Shown one piece after another: positions 22,814 to 33,711 of a DNA stretch of 64,000 nucleotides. The notes beneath the pieces are model-generated. The model saw only the letters and a program-made list of their open reading frames with translations. It was not told the DNA's origin and did no database searches. Every line of letters begins with the position of its first letter. The first letter of the stretch is position 1. Both the position numbers and the translations under genes were made by a program. The stretch is from contig CBFFSA010000001.1 in assembly GCA_965644495.1 (NCBI GenBank), positions 3,472,001-3,536,000 of the forward strand. Direction: 5' to 3'. This DNA is from Perkinsela sp. CCAP 1560/9. Taxonomy: Eukaryota > Protista > Euglenozoa: Kinetoplastea.

Positions 22814-23068
22814 ATGGCTGTTCCTGCTAAAATTGCCAAAAAGGTGACCAAAAAAGTTTCGTCTTCCAAAAAGGGCGTAAAGAAATCAGCGAAATTACAA
22901 GCGAAGCGTTCCGTTAAATCAAAGAAGACTGCTCCGAAACGCAAAGCGAGCCCAGCCAAAAAAAATTCTAAGAAGATAGTCAAAAAGGCAAGTAAAAAGA
23001 GCATGAAAAAGCCCATTGCGAAGAAACTTGCCAAAAAATCAGTTGCGAAGAAAGTAAAAAAGGCGTAA
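22814..23068 (+). CDS. Histone H1-like protein, copy 4
   Basis: 84 aa Lys-rich protein with KRKASPAKK. Confidence 0.8.
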   Translation: MAVPAKIAKKVTKKVSSSKKGVKKSAKLQAKRSVKSKKTAPKRKASPAKKNSKKIVKKASKKSMKKPIAKKLAKKSVAKKVKKA

Positions 23069-23377
23069 ACGCTCGATGCCAAGTACCGTTGTGCAAACAG
23101 ACACGAAGTTGTAGGCTGATGTCTATACTGTAGTCCACGTCGATGCTTTGTTGTATTACATTCCCCAACTACGAAGCGTTTTCGGCATCTGCGCCGAAGA
23201 TTTGACCTGTTTTTATAGTGTAACCGAACAGTCATTTCATTTTGTGTCATACTGCATAGAAAAAAATATCAATAGAACAAAGTTTTCTATTTGAAGCTTT
23301 TTCAGTGCATCGATTTGAAGGAAATCATTCACTATTTTTAATTAAAGATTGCTTTCCTAATCGTTTTCTCTTTTTCG

Positions 23378-24391
23378 ATGAAAAAGTTGTTCCAACTGTG
23401 GCTTACGCCTACGTCCGTCCTACCACTCCCCGGTCTCTACATATTTCGCGAAGCATTTTCTCCACAGAATGTCCCCAGTTGTTTACCTCCTTCAGAAGCG
23501 GCCGCGCGGTACGTCAGCGGTTCGTTGCTTCAGTCATCCTCACCTGAGACCTTAATGATACAGCTCATGCGAGAGAACTTCTTACCATATCTTATTCAGC
23601 GCATTCGTAGCTTCCCCTCCGACAATATACCCTCCGAGACGGAAGCTTCTCCCGTAGCCCAATACGCATCCCAGTTATACGCCCTGGAAACCATATCTGC
23701 ACTGCGTCACAACTTATCCAAAGAAGACACGTTCCGCTCGGTCTTACAATGGTTTCAGTACCGTCAGGCGTTTCGATCCTCGGTACATCTAATCCGGGAC
23801 AGTCGATGTTTACATCAAGCGAGTCCCGAGATTTCGTATTTTGATTTCATCAAAGACATGGGTTCGTTGTGTGCGAAAACAACCGACCTGGACTCAACTT
23901 GTGTGAACGTTCTTGGTCTCACGGGAAAGGGGTTGGCAAACACTAGTCATCGAGACACCGCGGTGGGATGGGATCAGATGGGTCAATTCCTGTCTCGTAA
24001 ACTCTCTCCTGAGATTTCCATGATTACACAAACCGCAAAAGACCTGCAGGCGCAGCAAAACAAAATGACACAGAAAAGTTTTGTTTGGTGCTTCCTGCGA
24101 TTGTGGTGTTGTGTGGCGGTGGCCTGGCGTGGATCTTCCAGCATCGATGACCTGCAAAGTGTCTTCGCGTCCCACCAGTGGGTGTTGACCACACACTACA
24201 TCACACGGACGTGTGAGGAGGTGAGGGGGAGGTTGAGCTCGGAGAAGGCGCTGTCCGAGACCCGCACGGGTTCTCCCTTGACGCAGGATGTCATGCACAA
24301 GTTGTTGTGTCGTACCCCGTTGGATGTGCCTCCGCCAGCGACGATACCGATCCCAGCGAAGCGTTTGCTTCCGACGGAGGAAGGAGTCTAG
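23378..24391 (+). CDS. Hypothetical protein
   Basis: 337 aa ORF on the cluster strand. Confidence 0.65.
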   Translation: MKKLFQLWLTPTSVLPLPGLYIFREAFSPQNVPSCLPPSEAAARYVSGSLLQSSSPETLMIQLMRENFLPYLIQRIRSFPSDNIPSETEASPVAQYASQLYALETISALRHNLSKEDTFRSVLQWFQYRQAFRSSVHLIRDSRCLHQASPEISYFDFIKDMGSLCAKTTDLDSTCVNVLGLTGKGLANTSHRDTAVGWDQMGQFLSRKLSPEISMITQTAKDLQAQQNKMTQKSFVWCFLRLWCCVAVAWRGSSSIDDLQSVFASHQWVLTTHYITRTCEEVRGRLSSEKALSETRTGSPLTQDVMHKLLCRTPLDVPPPATIPIPAKRLLPTEEGV

Positions 24392-24652
24392 GGAAGTTGT
24401 GTAAAATCGTGTAGTATAGAAAATAGGCTTAAAAAATCTACATTACTCGAAATTTTTCTCGCTGTTTCGTTGAATTTAGTTGTTGGAAATTTATTGCACA
24501 TGTTTAGATCAAGCATTCTCGACGGATGAGACTCAAAAAATGGTAGTATATTTTTGAAGGTACGCACGAATCGTAAAGCGTTTGCATGTTCTTGCAGTCT
24601 ACTTTTTTATACACCCTTTTTTTATATTACATAGACTTCAATCCGTGCAGCG

Positions 24653-24856
24653 ATGCTGTTCATTGGAACACTCGTTTTTATTTTCATTGGGACTGCACTG
24701 GCTGCAACGCTACACTTGTGGGCATCGGAACGCACTCGCCTTTTAAGGATCCTCATCCCCCTAGGACTTTTTTGTATGTGGCTATCCTACGCAATAATTT
24801 ATGTGGCCCAGATTCATCCGTTAATTATCCCGACGCGCATCAGGCAGTCTCATTAA
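24653..24856 (+). CDS. V-type ATPase V0 subunit e (Vma9/ATP6V0E)
   Basis: 67 aa, two hydrophobic helices, signature CMWLSYAIIYVAQIHPLIIP. Confidence 0.88.
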   Translation: MLFIGTLVFIFIGTALAATLHLWASERTRLLRILIPLGLFCMWLSYAIIYVAQIHPLIIPTRIRQSH

Positions 24857-25208
24857 TGTTATGACTATTATAGTCTTAAGTCCTGTATATTACCACGTTG
24901 AGTCTGATGAAGCGTAGTATAAATATACATAATTCTGGTGTGCGTTTGGGCGCCTTTTTCTTAGTAAAACACGTAATTGAGTATTGGGACATTTCTTTGC
25001 CGCTTCCACGGGTGTACCGAAGTGTTCAAACATTTGTAAAAATTAATTAAGCTATACATTTTAGAACACCCTTTCGGAATTCACACTCTTGGGATGCTGC
25101 TGAAGCAAACAAATTCCATTTATTTGCAATAAATCAACAAATTTGCAACGAATCAATAAATACCTTTTGATTATTCAGGTATTTTACAACGACTATGCAC
25201 TTGAGCAA

Positions 25209-25865
25209 ATGCTTCCGACTATTTTATTTTTCAGTGTCGATGTCCCACTGCGAGCAAGTAGAGTGCGTGGCTCTGCCCTGCCCCAGGAATATATGCTGTC
25301 TCGATTCGTAAATACTCTGCTTATTAAAGACAAGTCATGGACTGATAATACACCTGCATGTGAATGGAAATTCGTCGAATGCGATACTGATAAGCATGTT
25401 ACTTCGCTAAAGTGGCAAAGCAACATGTTTCAAGACTCTCTCGCTGATTCATTAACTATAAAGGGTGAACTGCAGTGGGTGTACACACCTCATACGTTGC
25501 TCTTCTTTAGAGCTTATATGCAGGCTTTATTTGGCTCTCTACATCTCTCTTTACTGCCGCCTCGTTTAATAACATTTGACATCGCTTTGAATAGATGTAG
25601 TGGGCATTTAGATCTGACACATTTGCCCTGTTCATTGGTAACTTTGGATTTAAATTTCAATAAATTTGAAGGTGAAATCGATCTTTCGTGTCTTCCTGCG
25701 TCTTTAAAAACCCTGAACCTGTGTTCTAATGAACTTTATGGTAATGTAGATTTGACTAAAATTTCTAAGGACATAGAAAGTATAAAACTTGCCAAAAATT
25801 ACTTTTTCATACCCGAAACTATACCCGAAAAAGTATTTTTCGGAATTCAAAAGAATAAACAATAG
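25209..25865 (+). CDS. Short leucine-rich-repeat protein (family member 2)
   Basis: RVRGSALPQEYML...ACEWKFVEC cap followed by LxxNxFxGxIDLxxLP repeats. Confidence 0.85.
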   Translation: MLPTILFFSVDVPLRASRVRGSALPQEYMLSRFVNTLLIKDKSWTDNTPACEWKFVECDTDKHVTSLKWQSNMFQDSLADSLTIKGELQWVYTPHTLLFFRAYMQALFGSLHLSLLPPRLITFDIALNRCSGHLDLTHLPCSLVTLDLNFNKFEGEIDLSCLPASLKTLNLCSNELYGNVDLTKISKDIESIKLAKNYFFIPETIPEKVFFGIQKNKQ

Positions 25866-26282
25866 TTTGAGAATATTACATCAAATCTACTGTACAGTAC
25901 TTGGTGTCTATGCCCTGTAGTACTTGGGTGTACATGCTCTGTGTATTGGGGGATAATACAGTATGTATGAGCTGCACGGGGTTTATTACAAAAACAAATT
26001 CGTAAGATACTACTGAGCTCCAAGAATAACATTTCGATAGCATTCATTGGCTTGCATTCTTTATTCATATTTATTGCGGGTGGCGGGCATTAAAAAACAG
26101 ACCTTTCTTTGTTTTTTGTTTTATTTAAAATCACTCATAATTTACATACTTGTTATGTATGTATGTATGTACTTGTTATGAAAAGTTGTGAAAAGTTATG
26201 AAAAGGAGAGTACATTGTGCGTCTTTCGTATACAAAAAATACTTTTAACTCTTATTTTTCCACTTTTTCGTTTCTAGTACAC

Positions 26283-27230
26283 ATGGCCCTGCGCCGCTTG
26301 TTAGATTTATGCCGAAAGCATCATGCCACGACACCCATATCTAAAGTACGGGAAAGTTTATCCCAATTGGATTTTCATGGAGACATATATCCGCTCTTAA
26401 CGGGAAATGAGTTACGTGGTAAGAATCAGTGTGACGAGAAAACAGTTACGTCAGGAAAAGCGGATAGAAAAAAGCGTTTTGAAACTTTTGAAGTAGCGAA
26501 ATATCTTGCTGACAACTCTCCAATAAGGGGGGACAATGATGTAGACACACAATATAAAAGAATAGATTTCAACCCTCCGCACAAGAAAATACGTCGATCC
26601 GTTTTTCATGAAAAGGCAAAGTTTCTTAAAGAGGCCAATCAACGTTCGATAGGCACAGTATGCTTTTCAGAAAATGTTTGCCATAGTCTCGTGCTTTTCG
26701 CACTCCCCGCTCACACAACTATTCCTCTTCACGATCATCCTTCCATGCACGTGCTTTTGAGAGTGTTGTGCGGTCGAATAAAAATTCGTGCATTTGACCC
26801 TATAGGTTCTTGCGTCGCGAAAAAGATTACAGGAACTTCTTCGGGACCTCCTTTTGGGAATTCAGTGGCTGTTCATTGTGTGTACGATAGATGGGTCTCA
26901 AGCGAAGAAAATGTACTCCAAATTCATCCCAATGCAAAAGGTGGGGTCTTTCACGAGATTAGTACACAAGATGAGGTTGGTGTCTTTATTGATTATATTA
27001 CACCACCGTATTACACAGCACCATTACATCTTCCTTGTACTTATTATACCCTAGAAAACATTTCCGGGCCAATGCAAGTTAAACAAAATTCTAAAGAACA
27101 AAGCAGATCCTCTGAATCTATTGATTCATCTACTCCCGAGTCATGTACTGAACAGATTTTTCATTTACAGGCTCTTTCACGAGAACCTAGCATCCCAATG
27201 CATTCTCTTTCGATGGAACATTCAGCGTAA
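26283..27230 (+). CDS. Cysteamine dioxygenase / plant cysteine oxidase (ADO/PCO) family
   Basis: IPLHDHPSM, FHEI and DYITPPY cupin motifs (3-His metal site). Confidence 0.85.
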   Translation: MALRRLLDLCRKHHATTPISKVRESLSQLDFHGDIYPLLTGNELRGKNQCDEKTVTSGKADRKKRFETFEVAKYLADNSPIRGDNDVDTQYKRIDFNPPHKKIRRSVFHEKAKFLKEANQRSIGTVCFSENVCHSLVLFALPAHTTIPLHDHPSMHVLLRVLCGRIKIRAFDPIGSCVAKKITGTSSGPPFGNSVAVHCVYDRWVSSEENVLQIHPNAKGGVFHEISTQDEVGVFIDYITPPYYTAPLHLPCTYYTLENISGPMQVKQNSKEQSRSSESIDSSTPESCTEQIFHLQALSREPSIPMHSLSMEHSA

Positions 27231-27395
27231 GGAGGTACGTTCCTGAAGGAAAAAGCGCGTAATAATTTCGCCACGTAGAAGTGATATGTTTTTAATAGTT
27301 AGGTGTAAGGAATTTTTTAAAACGTTTATGATGTGTGTTTCTATGGTGTGTGTTGCATACTCAATGTAGGTTTTTTATATTTTCTCCGACACTTT

Positions 27396-28280
27396 ATGGA
27401 AGCGGGATCTACCTTCAACCCTTTCTTGTTTTTCGGATTCCCCGACTGGTTGACTAATATTTTCACTTTCTTCAGTGAAGAGCAGATATTGAGCAGAAAA
27501 CTGGTGAAATTGGCAGCCAAATGTGGTTGGTCAGGTCTGAGAGATCGTGCACTGGAACAGCCTTATTGTGATACAGCAGAATCCATATTTAGTTCCGTAA
27601 ACAACAGAATTCGCGATCGACTTCCACCTAAAAATATGGATGATAATAGTTCTGCTACTGAGGCCTCCAATGGCGAGGGGCAGGACACTGAAAAACTTGT
27701 TCTTTCCAGTGCATCACTTTCTGCATCGGGAATACTTTGCAATCTGAAAGCCTCTTCGGCTTTAAACGAATCAGAGAATGCTTATCTAAACTGGTTTCGT
27801 CGCTTACCACACGGCAAATGCAATTCGCATCTCATCTCTGTTAATGTTGAATTCGTAGAACAGTGGCCTAAAGCCCGGTATGTGGAATGCTGGCGAAACA
27901 AAGTGGAAATTCCCAAAGATTTCGAAAGCCAAATACCATCGCGGGCAGAGTCCACTTTTCCTGAAAGAAAATCAAGTCCAATGGAACCGGAATTTTGTAT
28001 TGGGGAAATAGAGGTCGTACACCAAGCGTCTTCCGATGTCGATGATGCGAATCCAGAGAAGGGTGGATACGTAGTTGATTTCTCTACATTAAAGCGAAAC
28101 GTATCATCCGTGAATATCAATAAAAATGTAAGTACACGAGATCAGACGTTTTCCGTGGAGGATGACAAAAATTCTGGCAATGCTACGCAATTTCTGATCG
28201 TACCTGGACCGAAGACGGAACCTTTATGTCTTACCGTTTCAACTTATAGTGTATCCACCATTGTATCGTGCGGGTCATGA
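27396..28280 (+). CDS. Hypothetical protein
   Basis: About 294 aa from the first in-frame ATG, on the cluster strand. Confidence 0.6.
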   Translation: MEAGSTFNPFLFFGFPDWLTNIFTFFSEEQILSRKLVKLAAKCGWSGLRDRALEQPYCDTAESIFSSVNNRIRDRLPPKNMDDNSSATEASNGEGQDTEKLVLSSASLSASGILCNLKASSALNESENAYLNWFRRLPHGKCNSHLISVNVEFVEQWPKARYVECWRNKVEIPKDFESQIPSRAESTFPERKSSPMEPEFCIGEIEVVHQASSDVDDANPEKGGYVVDFSTLKRNVSSVNINKNVSTRDQTFSVEDDKNSGNATQFLIVPGPKTEPLCLTVSTYSVSTIVSCGS

Positions 28281-29134
28281 ACCTAGCCTCTAAAAGTCTA
28301 GCATTTATCATGGGACCTTCTTTGGTATTATTCTTTCTAACTAAGCACGTAATGCATGCAGCATAGGCTCTCATGTAACAAAGGTTTGCACATTTTAGCA
28401 TATTCTAGTCTGTCCTAGATTTACTTTTATTTTTTTGATTCGGTTTCTCACACGTTTCAAAAATTTGAAATTGGAACTCTCTGGGTTGAGAATCATTGTA
28501 TACTGAATTAAAATAGTGGCTACAGCACACTGGCATTCATGCTTCAATACGACTTGTCCGGAGTGTTGTGATGCGTATTAGCACTCGACAAACATTTATG
28601 TGAAGTGCACATACAAGACTTGTTAGTTAAACTTCAGATAGGAATTTAGGAGCATTTTTCCTGGTGGGTTTTTTCATGATTGAGCAAGTGTAATAGAGTA
28701 TCACTCAGATTTGTACGAACGTTCAATTTTATTTACTCCGACGGCAGCATACAAAAATGGCGCATATGGAATATACATGCAATGTATATACAACACATTG
28801 TACAATACAATGTATTGATCCAGATTTTAGAAAAGAGAATATAGACTTGAGAAATTAATCTTTTTTCTCTTTTTTATTACATATTTTCTCATAATCATTA
28901 TGAGAAAGTAAATACTTATTAATAGCGAAGAAAATAGGCGCTTCAGACAGTATCAGTATCGTAGCTATTCTGTACCAGTATATGAACATGGGTACATCAT
29001 ACATAATATGGTCCATAAAATTTATATGGTCCATTTATCTTTATTGCCATCTTATAGTAAAATAACTATAAATAATCGCACTTATCGTTAGAGACAATGT
29101 TGTTAGGGTTTCTGGTACTTGTACGCATCTATCC

Positions 29135-29851
29135 ATGACATCACTCGATTCAACTACCCCTTCAGGAGATTCAATATTTCTTGTCCTGACATATTTACAC
29201 CCGGAGATGCTTCCCGAGCATCTAACGCAGCTTCTTTCCCCTTTTGCCCACATCACGTCAGTGGATATATGCCACAATCCACCCCCTTCACGTGGCACCG
29301 TTCAAGTGGAATCTACTGAGGCTGCAGATCTTCTCATCTCCGCGCTGCACGGTCGATATTCTCTGTGCGCGCATCCCCTTATTGTGGCGTACAGCGAGAA
29401 AACAGCCCAAATTTCGCCTTTTGGCATCGCGCACAGTGTCACTATCAGAGAGTTAATTGGCGGATCCGGACGACCCTCAGGAGTGCTATCACACTCTCCT
29501 CCCGGAGTGCGTTCATCTTTTCCCAATGAAGCTTCTGCGCTACGAACGGGCACAACTTCCGCAATGCCTTCAAACCCTGTTTACTCGGGAATTTTTAACC
29601 CATCACTACCTTCCCCGATAGCTGAAGCGGTTCCCTTATCTTTTCACGTTGCACCCCCCTTAACCACGCACTTACATTCACATCCATATCGCAATTCTAC
29701 ATCACATCGAAACGAAAACCCTGTTTTATTAACTGGCTTACATCGCGGAGTCAGAAGTACGAACGGAAATACCGGAGCAAGAGAGATGCAAAAATTAAAT
29801 CCCAGTGCACAACCTTTTGAACCATCGCGCGCAGAGCACCAAAATAAATAA
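29135..29851 (+). CDS. RRM-like protein with C-terminal PAM2 motif
   Basis: Divergent N-terminal RRM fold pattern. KLNPSAQPFEP matches the PAM2 consensus LNxxAxxFxP. Confidence 0.65.
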   Translation: MTSLDSTTPSGDSIFLVLTYLHPEMLPEHLTQLLSPFAHITSVDICHNPPPSRGTVQVESTEAADLLISALHGRYSLCAHPLIVAYSEKTAQISPFGIAHSVTIRELIGGSGRPSGVLSHSPPGVRSSFPNEASALRTGTTSAMPSNPVYSGIFNPSLPSPIAEAVPLSFHVAPPLTTHLHSHPYRNSTSHRNENPVLLTGLHRGVRSTNGNTGAREMQKLNPSAQPFEPSRAEHQNK

Positions 29852-30101
29852 GTTATTTCAGCATTTTTTCTGTTCTTGAGAGATATTACTGTCGTAAAAA
29901 ACTTTCTATGTGAAGTACATTGATTCAGGTCCTTCTTCGGTTCTTTTTTATTCTATTTGTTAATCGCTGGGACTTCCTCGGATCACATTTACGAAAACAT
30001 CACCTCGTTTTTCCTACTTTGAGTAGCAGCGACGTAATCTTCTACTTTCCTTTATGATGATAGAAAACAAATGATGTATATTTCAGAAGTCTGACCCACT
30101 G

Positions 30102-31244
30102 ATGCAACGCACTTTGCTCCGTTTTCACGGGCTCCTTCAATTTCCCTGTGGCTCTGGTCACCTCACGATCGGTCGCGGAACTGAATTTATGGTCCCCAGC
30201 AACGACATTTACCACGATCCCGTAGCGCTGCGTGAACGTCTCGACCTCGACGGCTTTCTATACTTTAAAGACATTCTTCCCCGTGACCACCTCACACGCT
30301 CCCTCCTCTCCCTACAAACCCAACTCCAACACCTTGGTATACTTCTCCCCAACAGTTTTGAATTTAATCCTCACTACCACAACCTTAAAACCAACCCACC
30401 CCAAACAAACCCCCCAAACCACCCGCCCTCCGAAATCCAACCTCAATGCCACAACAACAACAATAACAACAACAACAATGATAACAACAACAATAACAAC
30501 AACAACAATGATAACAACAACAACAATTGCAATAACAACAATAGCATCAACAACAATAATAATAACCACAACAACAACAACAACAGCAACAATAATAATC
30601 ATGACCACAACCCCCTCCCCCCACCCCCCCTCGACCTCCCCTCCCTCACCCACGGCCCCAAACTCCTCTCCATCGTCCGCCACGTCTTCGGCGCCCCCGT
30701 CCGCCCCTTCCCCGCCCCCACCGCCGCCCTCCTCGAGGTCGCCCCCCGCGCCGAGCCCCACACCTTCCACATGGACGCCGTCTACCTCACCCGCGGCACC
30801 CGCCTCGTGTTAACCGCCTGGCTCCCCCTCACCGACACCCCCCTCCGTCGCGGCCCCCTCGTGTGTGTGCGCTCCAGCAACTCCCACCCCAGCACCGAGA
30901 GACTGCGCCACACCTACGGGCTCTACGACGCCCACAGCGGGGCCGTCGCCGGGGCCGGGGGGTACAGCGCGGACCCCCGGGAGGTGGAGGGGATGGGTCG
31001 GGGGTGCGTGACGGCCTCGATGAGGGCCGGGGACCTGGTGTTGTTCGGGGTCTACACCATGCACGGGTTTCTAACGAACCAGTGTGCCGGGGTGCGGGTC
31101 TCCGCGGAGTCGAAGTGGTTTCTGGAGGGGGATGGGGCGGGACCGGATGAGAGGTATTGCGGGCATAGGGTGGGGGGTGGGGGTGGGGGGGTGGGGAAGG
31201 TGATGAGTTTGGAGGAGGCAAAGAGGACAGTGTGGGGTTTGTGA
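30102..31244 (+). CDS. Phytanoyl-CoA dioxygenase (PhyH)-family 2OG-Fe(II) oxygenase with poly-Asn insert
   Basis: DGFLYFKD, FHMD (HxD), LTAWLPLTD, GDLVLF...MHG motifs. Confidence 0.85.
   Translation: MQRTLLRFHGLLQFPCGSGHLTIGRGTEFMVPSNDIYHDPVALRERLDLDGFLYFKDILPRDHLTRSLLSLQTQLQHLGILLPNSFEFNPHYHNLKTNPPQTNPPNHPPSEIQPQCHNNNNNNNNNDNNNNNNNNNDNNNNNCNNNNSINNNNNNHNNNNNSNNNNHDHNPLPPPPLDLPSLTHGPKLLSIVRHVFGAPVRPFPAPTAALLEVAPRAEPHTFHMDAVYLTRGTRLVLTAWLPLTDTPLRRGPLVCVRSSNSHPSTERLRHTYGLYDAHSGAVAGAGGYSADPREVEGMGRGCVTASMRAGDLVLFGVYTMHGFLTNQCAGVRVSAESKWFLEGDGAGPDERYCGHRVGGGGGGVGKVMSLEEAKRTVWGL
30451..30610 (+). repeat. (AAC/AAT)n microsatellite encoding poly-Asn
   Basis: Directly visible inside the PhyH ORF. 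Confidence 0.95.
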
Positions 31245-31441
31245 GGAAAGGGGGGATGGGGGGAAATACGGGAAGCATGTTTTGAAATGGTTTTGATCAC
31301 ATTCAAGATAAAGCCCCTTTCTCAAAGAAGGTTTCTTCTTTTATATTCGTTATGTTCTTTTTTTGTCGAGACCATCCCATTATTTATACCAACCTATTCT
31401 CCTACACAATCTGTTTCAACTTTACACACACACACACACCC

Positions 31442-32152
31442 ATGCTCCACCGCACCTCTCTGCGACGCTGGTTGCGTAACCCCCACGGGGACAAGCAAAC
31501 CCCACCCGAGACATTTTTTCCCTACCGAACGGAAAAAATTCTCTTCAAGTATTCCCACGGGGAGAAGTACGAGGGACCGTTGTGTCGACGACTAAAGAAG
31601 CCAGACAAGTACCGCCCCCATGGCATCCCGCGTGATCTCGGGGAGTACCCTCGGAACTACGTGCTGCGACATCTCTACTTCAACCAACCTATCAGTGCCC
31701 CCGGGTTATGGGAGGTGTTAAAGAAACAGCCCGACGTGCCGCTGGACTCCCGACGTCACCTTACGCTGCTGCTCAAGTGGGCACGTCTGGAGGACTGGGT
31801 TTTCTTTGAGAAGAACCAGGACAGCAATCAGTGGGTGTGTAACATTACACGGAATAAGTACCCCGAGGTTCAGACCCTGGTACGGGAATACCGTGACGCG
31901 GAGAGGAAGGCGGAAGAGGAAAAAAAGATGAGCCAGCGGCTGGAGGAAACAGAGAAGGAAAAGGAGGTGAGATTTCTTAGGAAGCAAAATATGCAGCTTT
32001 TACAATGGGAGCTTATTCAAGCCGCCGAGCGTTTATATGAGTATGACCCGGAGGAGTATCTTCAATTACCGTTTGTAAAAGAGCCGCACGTGTATCGTCT
32101 CCAATGGTATAAGCCGGATTCTACTGAACTCTTAGATTTGTCTGGAAAATAG
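31442..32152 (+). CDS. Hypothetical protein, probably mitochondrial
   Basis: Short Arg-rich presequence-like start (MLHRTSLRRW) and a C-terminal coiled coil. Confidence 0.65.
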   Translation: MLHRTSLRRWLRNPHGDKQTPPETFFPYRTEKILFKYSHGEKYEGPLCRRLKKPDKYRPHGIPRDLGEYPRNYVLRHLYFNQPISAPGLWEVLKKQPDVPLDSRRHLTLLLKWARLEDWVFFEKNQDSNQWVCNITRNKYPEVQTLVREYRDAERKAEEEKKMSQRLEETEKEKEVRFLRKQNMQLLQWELIQAAERLYEYDPEEYLQLPFVKEPHVYRLQWYKPDSTELLDLSGK

Positions 32153-32460
32153 TATTGAACTTAAAAATATTTATTAAGTTGGAATCCTTTAGCTGCATGA
32201 TGATTGTATCCAATAATAGCGGAAACTGCCCTCGGGCCTTCATGAAAAGCTTTACTCCAAAGTGCACTGACGCAAGGTTTTCCTACTGTAGAAGTAATAT
32301 GGTAAATTATCCGAAAAGTTAGTTAGGAGTTAGTAATTTGCACTTTTATGTTCATTTCGCTTTCGAATTTGTATTCGGTTTTCTTCATTAATGTTGGTAA
32401 CTTTGCAGTTAAGGCGCAACACATAGTTTCGCGAAGCCACTCAATCCGGAGACGCAGTAA

Positions 32461-33711
32461 ATGCTGGATAATGTGAACAGCTCATACTCTTCCCTTTTCT
32501 GGTTACCTACCATAGAGAAGGAATGTGCCACAGCGGGGTTATATGAGTCAGTACTTTGTGCACGGGAAGTAGAATATGACTCTCTCAGCAACACACCACG
32601 GTGGTGTAATGAGCTGATGATAGTATCTGAGCGGATGTACTCTGACGCGGTAAAAATTAAAAGCAACGTTGCATCACTTTCTCCCAAAGCATATCGAATC
32701 CGACGAAATGTCCTCTTTCCTGAATGCTCTTCGGGATCGAGGAAATATCGTAATCGAGCTGGAGATAAATTGGAGGCAGTGTTAGAGGAAAGTGGTATAC
32801 TGAATTTATTGCGATATTCCACTGCATCTGAAAAAGAATTTGTTTTTGTGGATGTATGCGGCGGGCCTGGAGCATTTTCGGAAATGTTATTTGCGTGGGG
32901 CAAAGAAAATCTTCCGAATTTAACCAGAATCATTGGTGTGGGGATTACTTTACGTCCTACGGAACAGGGAAGTGTTCCCAGCTCTGTAGCGTGGTATCCT
33001 TCGCTTCTAGCCAAAGCAACACCCAGTACCTCGGAGAGGAGTTCAACTTCTGTGACAGAGTGTTTTCTACCCCTCTGGGGTAACGACGGCACAGGCAACC
33101 TTCTTTTGTCGAAGAACATAAACTCTTTTACGGAGGAATGTCTGAAAAATACGGCTCGTTTACATCATTCCTTGCCTCAGACAGACTCCAGGAAATTTTG
33201 TTCAAAAAATGGCGTAGATATAGTGGTGGCCGATGGTGGGTTCGATGTAAGTGGGCAAGAGGCCCTTCAAGAGGTCCTCTCGGCACCATTACTGCTTAGT
33301 GAGGTCATTCTGGCGCTGAAAACGCTACGACAGGGCGGAGCACTTGTTCTCAAAGCGTTCGACACAATAACCATGTTTTCGGCCAGCCTTTTATTCATAC
33401 TATCGCATTGCTTCGAGCGTGTAGGCTTATGTAAACCACTTCGATCACGGGTTGTCAACAGTGAGCGATACATAGTTGCGGTTGGCTATCGAAAAAGTGA
33501 TCTTGGCAGTGGTTTGGAAGACAAACTAATTCCTAGACTTATGACTTTTATTACTTACAGAGAGAGCGTGGAATTTCCACAAATTCCAAAGACACTGGTG
33601 GATGCCAAGGTAATTTTGAATCATAAAGCTTTTTTAAATTCACTCCGGGCGGCATCTATTTATTGGATGAATCGACAGATTAAAAGTTTACGTCTTATAT
33701 TCGACGACTAG
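32461..33711 (+). CDS. FtsJ-like cap-specific 2'-O-ribose methyltransferase (CMTR1/MTr1 type)
   Basis: NRAGDKL, DVCGGPGAFSE, VVADGGF, LKAFD and KPLRSRVVNSERY give the K-D-K-E tetrad. Confidence 0.85.
   Translation: MLDNVNSSYSSLFWLPTIEKECATAGLYESVLCAREVEYDSLSNTPRWCNELMIVSERMYSDAVKIKSNVASLSPKAYRIRRNVLFPECSSGSRKYRNRAGDKLEAVLEESGILNLLRYSTASEKEFVFVDVCGGPGAFSEMLFAWGKENLPNLTRIIGVGITLRPTEQGSVPSSVAWYPSLLAKATPSTSERSSTSVTECFLPLWGNDGTGNLLLSKNINSFTEECLKNTARLHHSLPQTDSRKFCSKNGVDIVVADGGFDVSGQEALQEVLSAPLLLSEVILALKTLRQGGALVLKAFDTITMFSASLLFILSHCFERVGLCKPLRSRVVNSERYIVAVGYRKSDLGSGLEDKLIPRLMTFITYRESVEFPQIPKTLVDAKVILNHKAFLNSLRAASIYWMNRQIKSLRLIFDD

Noticed and set aside
20153-23250. Hydrophobic Phe/Leu-rich minus-strand ORFs
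   Set aside because: Antisense shadows of the Lys-rich H1 genes.
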